A stretch of DNA of 60,040 nt from a candidate division CPR2 bacterium GW2011_GWC2_39_10 (GCA_000993275.1 LBVV01000003.1:1-60040); one strand, 5' to 3'; numbered from the stretch's first letter, positions 43,414 through 54,613 are shown. Made by a program: numbers and translations. The notes: a model not told the origin generated them from the sequence alone.

Positions 43414-43941
43414 ATGAGAATGTTTTCAACCGTTTATAACATGCCGGTCAATTCCTTAAATGAAGGAATGACTGTTGGTGTTGTTGAAGACATCATTATA
43501 AATCCGGATACCGGACAAGTCTTGGGCTTCAAGCTTTCCGAGACATCAATTAGAGAGAGATACATTTTAGTAGCCTCCGATATTCGCGAAATTAATGATC
43601 TTATGTTAATTATTGACGATTCTCAAAATTTATCCACTTTGGATGAGGTAATTAAAATTGCTGAAGTTGTCGGCAAGAAAATAAAGTGGATGGGCATTAA
43701 GGTTGAAACGGATTTGGGTAGAAAGCTGGGTAAAATAGAAGACCTGGCTTTTGACACAACTAATTTTTATTTAACCAGAATTTATACATCAGGCGGCCTA
43801 ATAAAGGAAGCCTTATCGCTAGAAAAAACTATCATTCCTGCGAACAAAATTATTAAAGTTACTAAAAAAGTGGTTATTGTTGAAGACAGTTATGTCAAAA
43901 ATAAAAAAAGTAGCGAAGCAATCGCCCCGGAAGCTGCATAG
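43414..43941 (+). CDS. PRC-barrel domain protein (two barrels)
   Basis: VGVVEDIIINPDTGQVLGFKL and LGKIEDLAFDTTNFYLTRI motifs. The start is ambiguous (GTG 43396 or ATG 43414). Confidence 0.5.
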   Translation: MRMFSTVYNMPVNSLNEGMTVGVVEDIIINPDTGQVLGFKLSETSIRERYILVASDIREINDLMLIIDDSQNLSTLDEVIKIAEVVGKKIKWMGIKVETDLGRKLGKIEDLAFDTTNFYLTRIYTSGGLIKEALSLEKTIIPANKIIKVTKKVVIVEDSYVKNKKSSEAIAPEAA

Positions 43942-44097
43942 AATAGAAATCCGTCTTCGCCAAGGCTTTTCCGGACAGGTCAGGGATCAGAAAATCCTTC
44001 GACAAACTCAGGTCAGGCCAGGAACCAAAAGCCCTATTTCATTGTTGCTGGTCGTTTTATTCGTGGTTTTTTTAGCACAAAGTCTTTAAAATTTTTT

Positions 44098-44703
44098 TTA
44101 TTCTTCTTTGTCATTTACTACCTTTTTTATCATATCCCAACTAAATCCTTTGGAATACAAGTATTTTTTTATTTTTTCGGGGTCGTTTTTTAAACTTATT
44201 ATTTTTTTAGCGACAATTTTTTTAGCATTTTCCACTTCCTCTTCGTTAGAAATACCGGCCAATTCGTTCTCAATTATGCTTTTTTCGATGCCTTTTTGAT
44301 AAAGCTCCGTGAACAAAATTTTTCTGCTTGTCGGTTTAAGGCGGTTGCGGTTTATTATCCAACTTAGTGTAAAATCTACATCATCTATAAATGAATTTTT
44401 CTTAAGTCTATCCATGGTTTTTTCAACCACGTCTTCCTCAAATTCCAAACTTTTTAATTTATCCTTCACCTCCTTTTCGCTTCTCTTGCGATATGAGATG
44501 AAAGTCAGCGCCCTGTCATAAGCCCTTAAATATCCTTCAACATTTTTTATTTCGCTAATTTTTTCCTCGGAGATCGTATCCCCGATTTTTAGACTAAAAC
44601 TTACCAGATTATCCAGGCTTATGGAAAAAGAATACTGTCCGTCTAAATAGACATTGGCTCTGTTTTTATTTTTTTTTCCTTGTGTAAGTTTAGTTATAAC
44701 CAT
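44098..44703 (-). CDS. recX: Recombination regulator RecX
   Basis: Three-helical-repeat layout with a YLDGQYSFSISLD N-terminus. It sits in the recA operon. Confidence 0.7.
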   Translation of the reverse strand: MVITKLTQGKKNKNRANVYLDGQYSFSISLDNLVSFSLKIGDTISEEKISEIKNVEGYLRAYDRALTFISYRKRSEKEVKDKLKSLEFEEDVVEKTMDRLKKNSFIDDVDFTLSWIINRNRLKPTSRKILFTELYQKGIEKSIIENELAGISNEEEVENAKKIVAKKIISLKNDPEKIKKYLYSKGFSWDMIKKVVNDKEE

Positions 44704-45298
44704 TTTTGAGTTTTGAAATCACATAAAGCCGGAAAAGCAGCACCCCAAATAACGCAGTTATAGTAAAACTGACCCAGACAGGTATACCTAAAAAATAGGC
44801 TATTTTTTCAATAGTTTTTTGAATTAGGGTGCTGGCCGAGATCATAAGCGCAGAATAAATGACAGCGCCTACAAATGAGCCGATAACGAAATCTTTAAAA
44901 TTCATTTTAATGGCGCCGGCCGGAAGAGAAATAAAAGTTCTGGTGGGCCCAAAAAGCTGCGCCAAAATTATTGAAAGTTCGCCATACTTTTTGACAAATT
45001 TTTTAAGCTTGTCTTCATGCCGTATCAGCTTGCCTTTATTGTTTTTTCTAAGAACCTTTCCGCCCCAATAACCAATACCATAAGAGATCATCGAGCCTAA
45101 AGTGGCACCCACGGCAGCTGCAAGTACCAGCATAAAAGGCGATACATTGCCGGAACTAATGAGATAGCCGGAGCCTAAAAGCAAAGGAACTCCCCCAAAC
45201 GGAATTCCCAAACTCTCTAAAAACATTCCCAAGGAGATACCGAAAACACCATGTTCCTTGGAAAGCTCTAATAAAAAATAAATAAAGGCTTCCAACAA
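44690..45298 (-). CDS. DedA/SNARE-associated family membrane protein
   Basis: FLESLGIPFGG ... polytopic, about 200 aa, TTG start. Confidence 0.7.
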   Translation of the reverse strand: MLEAFIYFLLELSKEHGVFGISLGMFLESLGIPFGGVPLLLGSGYLISSGNVSPFMLVLAAAVGATLGSMISYGIGYWGGKVLRKNNKGKLIRHEDKLKKFVKKYGELSIILAQLFGPTRTFISLPAGAIKMNFKDFVIGSFVGAVIYSALMISASTLIQKTIEKIAYFLGIPVWVSFTITALFGVLLFRLYVISKLKNGYN

Positions 45299-45301
45299 TT
45301 T

Positions 45302-46282
45302 TTAACCTTTGATTTTCTTCTCCACTTCGGCAGCTATTTTAGGATTATCTTTCATAAACTGCTTAGCTGCCTCTCGACCTTGACCAATTTTCTGCCCGTT
45401 ATATTCGTACCAGGCACCGCTTTTTTTGACAATTTCCAGTTTGGATGCCGCATCAACAATTTCGCCTGTCTTAGAAATTCCTTCGTTATACATAATATCA
45501 AATTCTGCGATTTTAAAAGGTGGTGCAACCTTATTCTTAACAATTTTAACCTTTGTGCGGTTGCCCATAACTTTATCGCCATCTTTTATCTGTTCGCCTT
45601 TTCTAATCTCCATTCTTATTGATGAATAGTATTTTAAAGCAACACCGCCCGGAGTAGTTTCGGGATTTCCGAACATAACGCCGATTTTCATTCTAAGCTG
45701 GTTGATAAAAATAACTGTTGTTCGAGACTTACTTATAACGCCGGCCAATTTGCGCAGTGCCTGCGACATTAATCTGGCCTGAAGGCCCATATGGGAGTCG
45801 CCCATTTCGCCTTCTATTTCGGCTCTTGGAACCAAAGCGGCAACAGAATCGACAACAACAATATCTACCGCATTTGACCTTACCAAGGTCTCAACTATCT
45901 CTAAGGCTTGTTCGCCCGTATCGGGCTGGGAAATAAGTAGTTTTTCCAAATCGACACCAATATTGCCGGCATATTCCGGGTCCATGGCATGCTCGGCATC
46001 TATAAATGCAGCCACTCCGCCTTTTTTTTGGGTTTCGGCTACCATATGATAGGCAAGGGTAGTTTTACCCGAAGATTCCGGACCATAAACTTCAATAATT
46101 CTTCCTCTGGGAACGCCGCCGACGCCCAGGGCAATATCTAACCCTAAAGAACCGGTAGGAATAACATCCACAGTAACCTTAGTCGCCTCCGACATTTTCA
46201 TAATGGCGCCTTTGCCGAATTGCTTTTCAATTTGAGCAACGGCTAGCTCTAACGCTTTAACCTTTTCATCTGCTTGTGACAT
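45302..46282 (-). CDS. recA: Recombinase A
   Basis: Walker [17 protein letters not shown], and the complete RecA layout, 326 aa. Confidence 0.95.
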   Translation of the reverse strand: MSQADEKVKALELAVAQIEKQFGKGAIMKMSEATKVTVDVIPTGSLGLDIALGVGGVPRGRIIEVYGPESSGKTTLAYHMVAETQKKGGVAAFIDAEHAMDPEYAGNIGVDLEKLLISQPDTGEQALEIVETLVRSNAVDIVVVDSVAALVPRAEIEGEMGDSHMGLQARLMSQALRKLAGVISKSRTTVIFINQLRMKIGVMFGNPETTPGGVALKYYSSIRMEIRKGEQIKDGDKVMGNRTKVKIVKNKVAPPFKIAEFDIMYNEGISKTGEIVDAASKLEIVKKSGAWYEYNGQKIGQGREAAKQFMKDNPKIAAEVEKKIKG

Positions 46283-46343
46283 AACTCACCCCTTCTTATA
46301 AACTAAAAAACAGTATAACAAACTGATTATCAAATACAAGTTT

Positions 46344-47819
46344 TTACTTTTTCTTTTTTGATGATTTTTTTGGCTTTGCTTTTTTTTCGATTGATTCTTT
46401 GGCTTCACTAGCCTTTTTTGATTCCGTCTCTTTCGGCACTTTGGAAAGAGATTCTTCTATAACTAGTGTTTTCTCCGAAGCAAAATTTTCGTTAGTATCC
46501 GCCGCAAATACCTCGTCCGGCAGCTCTTCTCCGGTTTCTTCATTCGGTTCCGACTTTTCAAATTTCTTTTCGTCAAACATATCTACCGGTTCTTCTTCGA
46601 CATCACTCTCGTCGGTTTGCTCTGTTCCTTCTGCAGGAACGGCTTCCCCATTGCTACTATCTTCCCCCTCAACTGCTTCTTCAGTTCCTTCAGATTCTTC
46701 AGAATTATCATCTTCATCATCCGCGTTACCCGATTCCTCTTCGTCTTCATCCGCTTCTTCAGTCGTTTTCTCTTCCGGTACGTAGCGGTCAAAATCGGCA
46801 TCGCCATCGTCTTCTTTGATAACATACGACTTTTTGCCTATGCCGGAACTCATGGCAGCATCTTCCTGATCCTGGCCAAAACCGTTCTGGTCACTTTCTT
46901 TCGGCTTTTTCTTTCTGCGGTAAAAGAAAATCCCAAGACCGCTAACCGTAATTAAAAATAGAACTAAAATAACCCAAACAGCCGGATTTTTTCCGTATTT
47001 GCCATTTTTTACGGTGGCAGCGGATTCCGAACTTTCCTCAACCTTAAACTCAATTCTGGCCCACTTACTGGCGTTACCTTCTCCGTCAGCCACTTTTGCT
47101 TCTATGCTATGATCCCCGCCATCCATTTTTTCTTCGAACATATATTCCCATAGACCGGTTGCATCGGCTTTAGCCGTTCCTTTTTGATGTTCGGGATTTA
47201 GAAAAATAGTAACTTTTCCATTAGCAATTGATTTGCCGGAAACGGTAATTTTAGCGTCATTTTTAAGGGTTAATTTGGCGAAATCTTCCGGGTCATAATC
47301 CTGACCATCTACATCAAAGCTTGTAAACTCCGGCTTGTCTAAACTTTCAACTTCAATTGGTGTAGTGGTAGGCCTGGCGGTTGGCGTGGGTGTCGGCTCC
47401 GGAGTGGCGGTTGGCGTGGGTGTCAGCACTTCTATTGCTTCAAAGGTGACTTTCTGAGCTGTAAGTGCAACCAGACCGTCATAACCAACGCCTGAGATAT
47501 TCGCAGAAACTGAAACTTGACCTACAGTACTTGAACTTATTGAAAAATTAACCCTAAAATCTCCACACACAGTTCCGCTTACCGTGCCTTGTGGAGTACT
47601 AGTTACAGACGAGGGAACATTCAGAGTAACAGTAATTTTGCTTGGATCCATCGGCTCAGTGTAACACGGCAGGACGTTAACAATTATTTCATCCTCGCCA
47701 TCGGCTTTCGCAGTTGTTTTAGACAACTGGAGATCTGATTCAGTCGAAACTGCGCCTACATTATTTGCAGGAATAAATAACAGCAGCAAAAACACTAACG
47801 AAAAAACAAACCTTTTCAT
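46344..47819 (-). CDS. Single-pass membrane protein: secreted Ig-like domains, Pro/Thr linker, TM helix, long acidic cytoplasmic tail
   Basis: Signal peptide, PTPTATPEPTPTPTARPTTTP linker (27-nt DNA duplication at ~47385-47430), TM helix AVWVILVLFLITVSGLGIFFY, then ~190 aa of D/E-rich tail ending in a K-rich stretch. Confidence 0.6.
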   Translation of the reverse strand: MKRFVFSLVFLLLLFIPANNVGAVSTESDLQLSKTTAKADGEDEIIVNVLPCYTEPMDPSKITVTLNVPSSVTSTPQGTVSGTVCGDFRVNFSISSSTVGQVSVSANISGVGYDGLVALTAQKVTFEAIEVLTPTPTATPEPTPTPTARPTTTPIEVESLDKPEFTSFDVDGQDYDPEDFAKLTLKNDAKITVSGKSIANGKVTIFLNPEHQKGTAKADATGLWEYMFEEKMDGGDHSIEAKVADGEGNASKWARIEFKVEESSESAATVKNGKYGKNPAVWVILVLFLITVSGLGIFFYRRKKKPKESDQNGFGQDQEDAAMSSGIGKKSYVIKEDDGDADFDRYVPEEKTTEEADEDEEESGNADDEDDNSEESEGTEEAVEGEDSSNGEAVPAEGTEQTDESDVEEEPVDMFDEKKFEKSEPNEETGEELPDEVFAADTNENFASEKTLVIEESLSKVPKETESKKASEAKESIEKKAKPKKSSKKKK

Positions 47820-47864
47820 AAATTTTTCACCTTAACATCATAATTATATCACTAATTAACTTTC

Positions 47865-48362
47865 CTACCTATAATTTTCAAACTGCAGCGGAAAATTAAA
47901 ATTTTGTTCTTTTAGGAAATTTATTACGGATTGAAGTTCGTCCTTTTTAGCCGAAACTACTCTTATTTCCTCGCCCTGAATATTGGGCTTAACTTTAGGA
48001 TAGTTTTCCCGGATAAGCTTAGAAATTAATTTGGCGTCTTCCGACTTTAACCCTTTTTTGAAAGGAATTTTCTTTCTAACCGTGCCGCCTGTTGCGTAAT
48101 CTACCGGACTCGTAAGATCTAAAATTTTAAGCGATAATCCTCTTTTAATAATTTTTGATTCCAAAATATCAATTATGCTCTTTAATCGGTAATCGTCTTC
48201 CGTGTGTATCAAGAGCGCCTCTTTGGCTTCAAAATCGACGGTAGATATTGAGCCCTTAAAGTCATATCTACCCATAATTTCTCTTTTTGCCTGATCAACT
48301 GCATTGACCATTTCCTGGTGGTCAAAATCCGATACAATATCAAATGATGAATCTTTTGCCAT
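47865..48362 (-). CDS. yajQ: YajQ-family nucleotide-binding protein (UPF0234)
   Basis: SFDIVSDFDHQEMVNAVDQAKREIMGRYDFKG ... FPLQFENYR. Confidence 0.85.
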   Translation of the reverse strand: MAKDSSFDIVSDFDHQEMVNAVDQAKREIMGRYDFKGSISTVDFEAKEALLIHTEDDYRLKSIIDILESKIIKRGLSLKILDLTSPVDYATGGTVRKKIPFKKGLKSEDAKLISKLIRENYPKVKPNIQGEEIRVVSAKKDELQSVINFLKEQNFNFPLQFENYR

Positions 48363-48431
48363 AAAACTTCCTTTCTAAATCTCTATAAATTTATTCTTTA
48401 TCATTTTGATTTTTGAGATTTGATATTTGAT

Positions 48432-49448
48432 TTATTTTATCTCAACATCCTTTGAAAACTCGATATTTTTTGGCTCGGGTTTCGGAATTGGCTGACTTCC
48501 TTCAACTTTTTTGTCGGGCGGCAGCAGAAACCCCAGATCTTTATTAAACATTTTTTCATTGGAAATGATAATCATCGTACTTTTTGCATTGGATGTGACC
48601 AGCGATATTTTAGTATTCCCTTTAAAAACTTGAACCGTTCCGGGCATCAAAAACTGATGAACCTTGTCATTGTCGTCAATAACGGCATCGAGGGTAATTG
48701 GATAATCTCCCGCCGTTACCTTTATCTCAATGCCCTTAAAAGCAATGGGCATCGGCGCAATAGAAAGCGGCAGCAACCTTGCCATAACTGTAATGGATTT
48801 TTCGCTTCTTTTATTCAGTTTATTAACCGAAGCTATTTTAATTATATTGGCACCATTTTGGAGACTTATCACTTCCCTGAAAACTCCTTCCGAGCTTTTT
48901 ATTTCTATATCATTTACATAAACCGTAGCCTCTTCGTTGGTTGTGCCGGACAGCACAATAGTTGCGCTGTCAATCGTGGAATTATTTTGAGGAGAATCAA
49001 TAACGATGGTCGGGGGTGCAGTAAATATGGAAAATTGCCATAAAAGAAATCCCACAACAGCCGACAAGGCAAGTAATACTAAGGTACCCGTTATCAGTTT
49101 AGGCGTAATTAATATTCTCGGTTTTTTTATTGGCTGCAAGGACTTAACTTTGCTTTGGCTTTTTATTATTTTATTTTCAATGGAGCGACTTTTTTCAAAA
49201 AGCGCCAAGGCATCATTATAATCTATGCCTAAATATTCGGTATAATTTTTCAAGAAACCTTTAGTGTAAACATCATCCGGAAGACGGGCGTAATCCATTG
49301 TTTCAAAAGCCTCTATGTATTTAGACCGGATCCTAATGTTTAATTCAACTTCTTTTATGGACAACCCAAGCTTTTCCCTTTCGGATTTTAAAAGCTCTCC
49401 CAACCCCCCGCTTGAGGCAATCTTTTTTGTAGTAAATTCAGGTGTCAT
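48432..49448 (-). CDS. RodZ-like HTH membrane protein
   Basis: N-terminal HTH (LGELLKSEREKLGLSIKEVELNIRIRSKYIEAFE), one TM helix, and a C-terminal beta-rich domain. Confidence 0.65.
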   Translation of the reverse strand: MTPEFTTKKIASSGGLGELLKSEREKLGLSIKEVELNIRIRSKYIEAFETMDYARLPDDVYTKGFLKNYTEYLGIDYNDALALFEKSRSIENKIIKSQSKVKSLQPIKKPRILITPKLITGTLVLLALSAVVGFLLWQFSIFTAPPTIVIDSPQNNSTIDSATIVLSGTTNEEATVYVNDIEIKSSEGVFREVISLQNGANIIKIASVNKLNKRSEKSITVMARLLPLSIAPMPIAFKGIEIKVTAGDYPITLDAVIDDNDKVHQFLMPGTVQVFKGNTKISLVTSNAKSTMIIISNEKMFNKDLGFLLPPDKKVEGSQPIPKPEPKNIEFSKDVEIK

Positions 49449-49629
49449 AGTTTAAACAAACCCTTATTAATCCATTAATACTAATTATCTAACAAACCGT
49501 AAACTGAAACAAATTTACAATTTTCAATTTACAATTTTCAATCAATTATCAATGCTTTAATTTTTAAACATTAGGTAATTGAACATTCAATGAAAATTGA
49601 TAATTAGAAATTGAAAATTTATTAATGTG

Positions 49630-51738
49630 CTAGTACCCTTCATCAAATTCTGATACATTAGATGCCAATACTTCTCTCGGCCTGGCTCCGTCTGCCGGCC
49701 CAACAATACCTTGCTCTTCAAGCAAATCAATTAACCTTGCCGCTCTGGCATATCCAATTCTCAGCCTTCTCTGAAGTAACGATGCCGAAGCCTTGCCGCT
49801 TTTTATAACTACGTCTGCCGCTTCTTTAAATAACTCATCATCGGCGCCTTGAACATCTATGTGGCCTCGCATCTTAACCGGCTGCGCCAAAACTTCTTCA
49901 TTATATTCCGGATTGCCTTCCGACTTTAGAAAATCGGTAACAAGCCGAACTTCTTTTTCGGAGACAAATACGCCCTGAATACGTTTTGGCTTAGAAATAG
50001 AGGCGGAATAAAATAACATGTCGCCGGAGCCAAGCAATTTTTCGGCGCCAGCTTGATCTAGAATTGTCCTAGAATCTATTTGGGAAGCCACGGCAAAAGC
50101 GATCCTGGTTGGAATATTGGCTTTAATAAGGCCAGTGATAACGTCAACCGAAGGGCGCTGGGTAGCAAGAATTAAATGGATACCAACAGCTCTGGCCATT
50201 TGGGCTAGTCTAATTATTAGCCCTTCAACCTCCGAAGCAGATACCGCCATAAGATCGGCTAACTCATCTATAACGATGACAATGTATGGCATTGGGGAAT
50301 CTTTCATGGCATGGTTATATTCTTCAACATTTCTTTTGCCTACCTGCTGCAGAGCCTTATACCTAATTTCCATTTCGCCCACCGCCCATTTTAAGGCCGA
50401 AATAGTCTTATCCGGCTCCACAATTACTGGAGCTAAAAGATGGGGAATATTGTTATACAGTGAAAGCTCAACACGTTTTGGATCAACCAAGATCATTCTT
50501 AAAGATTTTGGTGAATTTTGATAAAGAAGCGATAAAAGCAGAGTATTAATACAGACCGATTTGCCCGATCCGGTAGCGCCGGCAATAAGCATATGCGGCA
50601 TTTTGGTAATATCGGCAATTTGCGGTTCACCGGAGACGTCCAAACCTAAAATTACGGATAGTCTGGAGTTTGCTTCCTGAAAATACTCGCTTTCTAAGAT
50701 ATTTCTCATTCTTACAATGGCCGCTTTTTTATTGGGCACCTCAACACCAACCAAAGATTTGCCCGGAATTGGCGCTTCAATTCGAATTGGATGAGCCGCT
50801 AAGGCCAAGGCCAAATCCCTGTCTAAGGCGGTAATCTTATTTAATTTTACGCCTTCCTGCGGCTTTAAAGTGTATTGAGTGACTGTTGGACCAACATTAA
50901 CATCCGACATTTCCACGCTAATATTGAAGCTACCCAGCGTTTTTTGAATAACGGCGGCATTTTGTTTAATATTGCCCGAATCGGCCTTGGTAGACATTAC
51001 TTCTAGCAAATCAGTTGGCGGAAATTTCCAATCTTTGTCATCGTAAGCCACCACCCGATACTCTTCCTTTTTCTTTGACGATTCCGATTCTTTTTTAAGC
51101 GCCTCTTTATCCGCCGTAACTGTTTCGTTTACCTTAATATCAGCTTTTGGTTCGCCTTTTTTCTCTTTTATGGAACGGATTATGGCCATAATTGATCTAT
51201 TTGTCGCAAGCAAAAGTCCGATAACCATAAAGGCGGAAAGCAGAATAAAAGACGCTGTCTTGCCAATTATTTGACCCATTAGCATTTGTATAACAAACCC
51301 AATAAAGCCTCCTCCGTTGCCGCTATCTGCTATATACCAACCCTGCTCTTTTTCAACAAACAGATGAAAAATTCCGGCAAAAGAAAACACAAAAAGCAAA
51401 ATCCCGGGAAGGCTGGCTTTTGATATTTTAGACTTTTCCGGCACAAATAAGGCAATGCCGGCTATAAACATAATGGCTATAAGCGCATAGGAAGCGTAAC
51501 CGATTGTTTGACGAAGCAGTTTGTAAACAATATCGCCCAAATTACCCGCCGCACCAATAATTGCTAACATCAAAATTAAAGAAGCGGCTATCATTACAAT
51601 AGCTAAAATTTCCCTAATAGTGTCTTCACCTAACTTAGGAATATCCTTATCATGTTTTTTGGCCTTGGATCCTTTCGGCCGGCCCGGTTTTCTTTTTCTG
51701 CTCAAATCTAAAACTCCTATATGGGGATTATAACTCAA
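49630..51738 (-). CDS. ftsK: DNA translocase FtsK
   Basis: N-terminal TM helices, motor domain with Walker A GATGSGKS, and a gamma-domain-like C-terminus (LLQRRLRIGYARAARLIDLLEE). Confidence 0.9.
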   Translation of the reverse strand: MSYNPHIGVLDLSRKRKPGRPKGSKAKKHDKDIPKLGEDTIREILAIVMIAASLILMLAIIGAAGNLGDIVYKLLRQTIGYASYALIAIMFIAGIALFVPEKSKISKASLPGILLFVFSFAGIFHLFVEKEQGWYIADSGNGGGFIGFVIQMLMGQIIGKTASFILLSAFMVIGLLLATNRSIMAIIRSIKEKKGEPKADIKVNETVTADKEALKKESESSKKKEEYRVVAYDDKDWKFPPTDLLEVMSTKADSGNIKQNAAVIQKTLGSFNISVEMSDVNVGPTVTQYTLKPQEGVKLNKITALDRDLALALAAHPIRIEAPIPGKSLVGVEVPNKKAAIVRMRNILESEYFQEANSRLSVILGLDVSGEPQIADITKMPHMLIAGATGSGKSVCINTLLLSLLYQNSPKSLRMILVDPKRVELSLYNNIPHLLAPVIVEPDKTISALKWAVGEMEIRYKALQQVGKRNVEEYNHAMKDSPMPYIVIVIDELADLMAVSASEVEGLIIRLAQMARAVGIHLILATQRPSVDVITGLIKANIPTRIAFAVASQIDSRTILDQAGAEKLLGSGDMLFYSASISKPKRIQGVFVSEKEVRLVTDFLKSEGNPEYNEEVLAQPVKMRGHIDVQGADDELFKEAADVVIKSGKASASLLQRRLRIGYARAARLIDLLEEQGIVGPADGARPREVLASNVSEFDEGY

Positions 51739-51744
51739 AACCCT

Positions 51745-52380
51745 CTAAGCTTCAATTATATTCAAAATTTCGGACGGTTTTTCGATTATATAATCCGGTT
51801 TATATTTTTTTAGATCCTTTTTTTCATAGTATCCCCAGGTAACGGCTCCGGTCGCTACACCGGCTCTTTTGCCGCATTCGATATCATGTTTGGTATCGCC
51901 AATAAAAATAGCTTCACTGGGAGCAACTCTAAACCTGGCGCAAAGCTCCAAAAGAGGTTCGGGGTTTGGTTTGTGCAGTTTGGTCATTTCCGGCGTCAAA
52001 ATGTAATCGAAAGGATGGTTTAAAATGTCTTTTATTATTTGGAAGGCGCTTTCCCCAACCCTAGATGTCAAAATAGCCTTTTTGATCCTTATTTTCTCGA
52101 GCGTTTCAACAATATCCGGATATGCCGTCACCATTTTTTTGATATTTTTAATATGGGAAGCTGTTATACCGGCCAAAATTTCATCAGCCCTGGATATAAA
52201 TTCGGGCATAACCATAGTAATACGCTCACGGAAAGGAAGTCCGTTTGTTTTGTTATAAAGCGGCCATAAAGCATCGGCATCAACTCCGTAATTTTTTACA
52301 ACGCCAAAAAAGCTTTCCCTGGAAAGATTAGTGGTGTCTACCAACGTTCCATCCAAATCAAAAACGATTAACTTGCGCAT
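51745..52380 (-). CDS. HAD-superfamily phosphatase (Gph/PGP-like)
   Basis: VFDLDGTLVDT motif I and GDTKHDIECG motif IV. The likely start is MRKLIV at 52380. Confidence 0.7.
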   Translation of the reverse strand: MRKLIVFDLDGTLVDTTNLSRESFFGVVKNYGVDADALWPLYNKTNGLPFRERITMVMPEFISRADEILAGITASHIKNIKKMVTAYPDIVETLEKIRIKKAILTSRVGESAFQIIKDILNHPFDYILTPEMTKLHKPNPEPLLELCARFRVAPSEAIFIGDTKHDIECGKRAGVATGAVTWGYYEKKDLKKYKPDYIIEKPSEILNIIEA

Positions 52381-52794
52381 GCTAATAATATAGCTCACTA
52401 ATTCAAAAATCAAAAGTCAAATGTCAGAAAGATACTTAGTGATATAAAATTAAATCCTAAATCCTAATTTTAAAATTGCGTAAGTAATGTCCATATCTAT
52501 TTGCATTGAATTTTCAATTCAAGTTCCAATTTTCTTGTATTGGACAAGACTAGGCCCTTCGCAAGTTGGTCGTTTTTCTTTGATTTGTTTAGTTTTTGGG
52601 ATTTAGACATTAGGTTATATTTGTCATTTTTCGCCCTAGGCGCCCGTCTGCCTCGGGCAGGGATCAGCCTTTGGCTGAGATATTTGATATTAAAGCACCC
52701 CTCCCCTAACCCCTCCCAAAGGGAGGGGAAAGACAAGACTGTTTATTGTTTATTGTTTATTGTTATTTGTTTTCTGGTTCCTGGTTTCTGTTTC

Positions 52795-54573
52795 CTAAAC
52801 CTCAATAATTACCGGTATTACCATGGGCTGTCTTTTGGTGTTGTTATATAGAAATCGGCCTATTTCTTCTCTAAGACGGTTTTTCATGTTCAGCCAATTT
52901 GCCGGTGGTTCGCCCTCTTTTTTTGACAGGATCCTTCGAACCTCCGACCTTGCGTTGTTTACTAATTGCTCTGATTCTCTCATATAGATAAAGCCTCTAG
53001 AAATTATGTCCGGGCTGGTAAGAAGCCGGCCGGAAACTTTATCTACCGTTGCGATAACCACAAAAATACCATCGGTGGACATAATATTTCTATCCCGTAG
53101 AACGATATTTTGAACATCGCCAACGCCAAGTCCGTCAACTAAAATAATGCCGTTTTTCACTTTGCCGTTAAGCTTAGCGAAATCCTTGCCAAATTCAATA
53201 ACCTGACCATTATCGACTACAAAAATATTTTGTTCGGGGATGCCCATTTCTATGGCTAAATCCCGATGATGGATTAAGTGATGATATTCGCCATGATAGG
53301 GAACAAAGTACTTCGGCCTTACCAATGCCAGCATTAATTTTAATTCTTCTTGCTTGGAGTGGCCCGAAACGTGCGTTTTAATATCATCTTTTTCGTCGTA
53401 AATTACTTCGGCACCTTCCCTAAAAAGATCGTCTATTACGTCCGTGATGGCAGATTCGTTGCCTGGAATCGGAGATGAAGAAAAAATGACGGTATCTCCT
53501 TTTCTAATTTTTATTTGCTGATGATCGCCCGAAGCCATTCTGGCTAAGGCGGACATTGCTTCTCCTTGAGATCCCGTAGAAATAACGGCAACTTGGGTAT
53601 CGGGATATTTATTTATATCCTGAACCTTTATAATAAGTCCGGCCGGAATTTTTAAATAACCAAGCCTTACAGCAACCTCAATGTTGTTAAGCAAGCTTCT
53701 TCCCGAAATGGCCAGCTTTCTTCCCGAAAAAACGGTTGCATTTACGAACTGTTGTATCCTGTTAATCTGCGAGGCAAAAGTAGCAATAATTACCCTTCCT
53801 TTGGCAGAAGATAAGATGCTGTCAAAATTCTTTTGAAGAGAGGTTTCGGTTCCGGAATATCCCGGAGCCTCTGAACCAGTAGAATCGCCAAATAAAGCCA
53901 AAACTCCTTGTTTGGATAGCTCCACCAATCTATGGATATTCGGCAGCTTACCGTCAACCGGCGTAAAATCAAATCTATAGTCGCCGGTAGCAATAACAAC
54001 ACCAACCGGAGTGTGAATTGCTAATGCAACTGCATCAGGAATGGAGTGAGTCATGCGAATAAACTCCACCTGAAAAGCACCAAGGGTTAGCTTTTCATCC
54101 TTATCCGGATCAACGGTTCTTATTGCAAGAGCCCCCATAATTTTAAATTCTTTTAATTTGTTTTGAATAAGTCCCGCCGTTAAACGAGGCGCATAAATTG
54201 GCGCCGGTATTTTTGGCAGAACATAAGGCAATCCTCCAACGTGATCTTCATGCCCGTGGGTAATTAAATACGCTCTCACTTTTGATTTGTTTTCCTCTAA
54301 ATACGAAACATCCGGAATAATATAGTCCACTCCCGGCATATCAGCCGGCGGAAACATAAATCCGCAATCTACGATTAAAATATCATTTCCATATTCAAAA
54401 ATGTACATATTTTTTCCAATTTCACCCATGCCGCCCAAAGGTATAATTTTAAGGTTTTCGGCCTTACTTTCAAATACCTGGCCTTTTCTTGCGGGTCCTT
54501 GGCTTCGATATTGCTTTTTTTGTGAAGAAGGATTTTTGCTAGCATCCATCTTTTCTTTGTTCTCTTCGTTCAT
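52795..54573 (-). CDS. rnj: Ribonuclease J
   Basis: Metallo-beta-lactamase HGHEDHVGG, a beta-CASP layout, and the RNase J C-terminal domain, 592 aa. Confidence 0.9.
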   Translation of the reverse strand: MNEENKEKMDASKNPSSQKKQYRSQGPARKGQVFESKAENLKIIPLGGMGEIGKNMYIFEYGNDILIVDCGFMFPPADMPGVDYIIPDVSYLEENKSKVRAYLITHGHEDHVGGLPYVLPKIPAPIYAPRLTAGLIQNKLKEFKIMGALAIRTVDPDKDEKLTLGAFQVEFIRMTHSIPDAVALAIHTPVGVVIATGDYRFDFTPVDGKLPNIHRLVELSKQGVLALFGDSTGSEAPGYSGTETSLQKNFDSILSSAKGRVIIATFASQINRIQQFVNATVFSGRKLAISGRSLLNNIEVAVRLGYLKIPAGLIIKVQDINKYPDTQVAVISTGSQGEAMSALARMASGDHQQIKIRKGDTVIFSSSPIPGNESAITDVIDDLFREGAEVIYDEKDDIKTHVSGHSKQEELKLMLALVRPKYFVPYHGEYHHLIHHRDLAIEMGIPEQNIFVVDNGQVIEFGKDFAKLNGKVKNGIILVDGLGVGDVQNIVLRDRNIMSTDGIFVVIATVDKVSGRLLTSPDIISRGFIYMRESEQLVNNARSEVRRILSKKEGEPPANWLNMKNRLREEIGRFLYNNTKRQPMVIPVIIEV

Positions 54574-54613
54574 TAATTAATTTCTCCTTTTTATTGCCCT
54601 GGAAGAGTCCGGG

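Noticed and set aside
43942-44097. A possible SRP (4.5S) RNA, because of two CAGGTCAGG motifs (…CCGGACAGGTCAGGGATC… and …CTCAGGTCAGGCCAGGAACC…).
   Set aside because: The segment lacks the conserved GGAA/GNAR tetraloop helix and the symmetric-loop pairing. It resembles the dispersed intergenic repeat families instead. The 70-aa ORF at 43877-44089 is a translation of that repeat.
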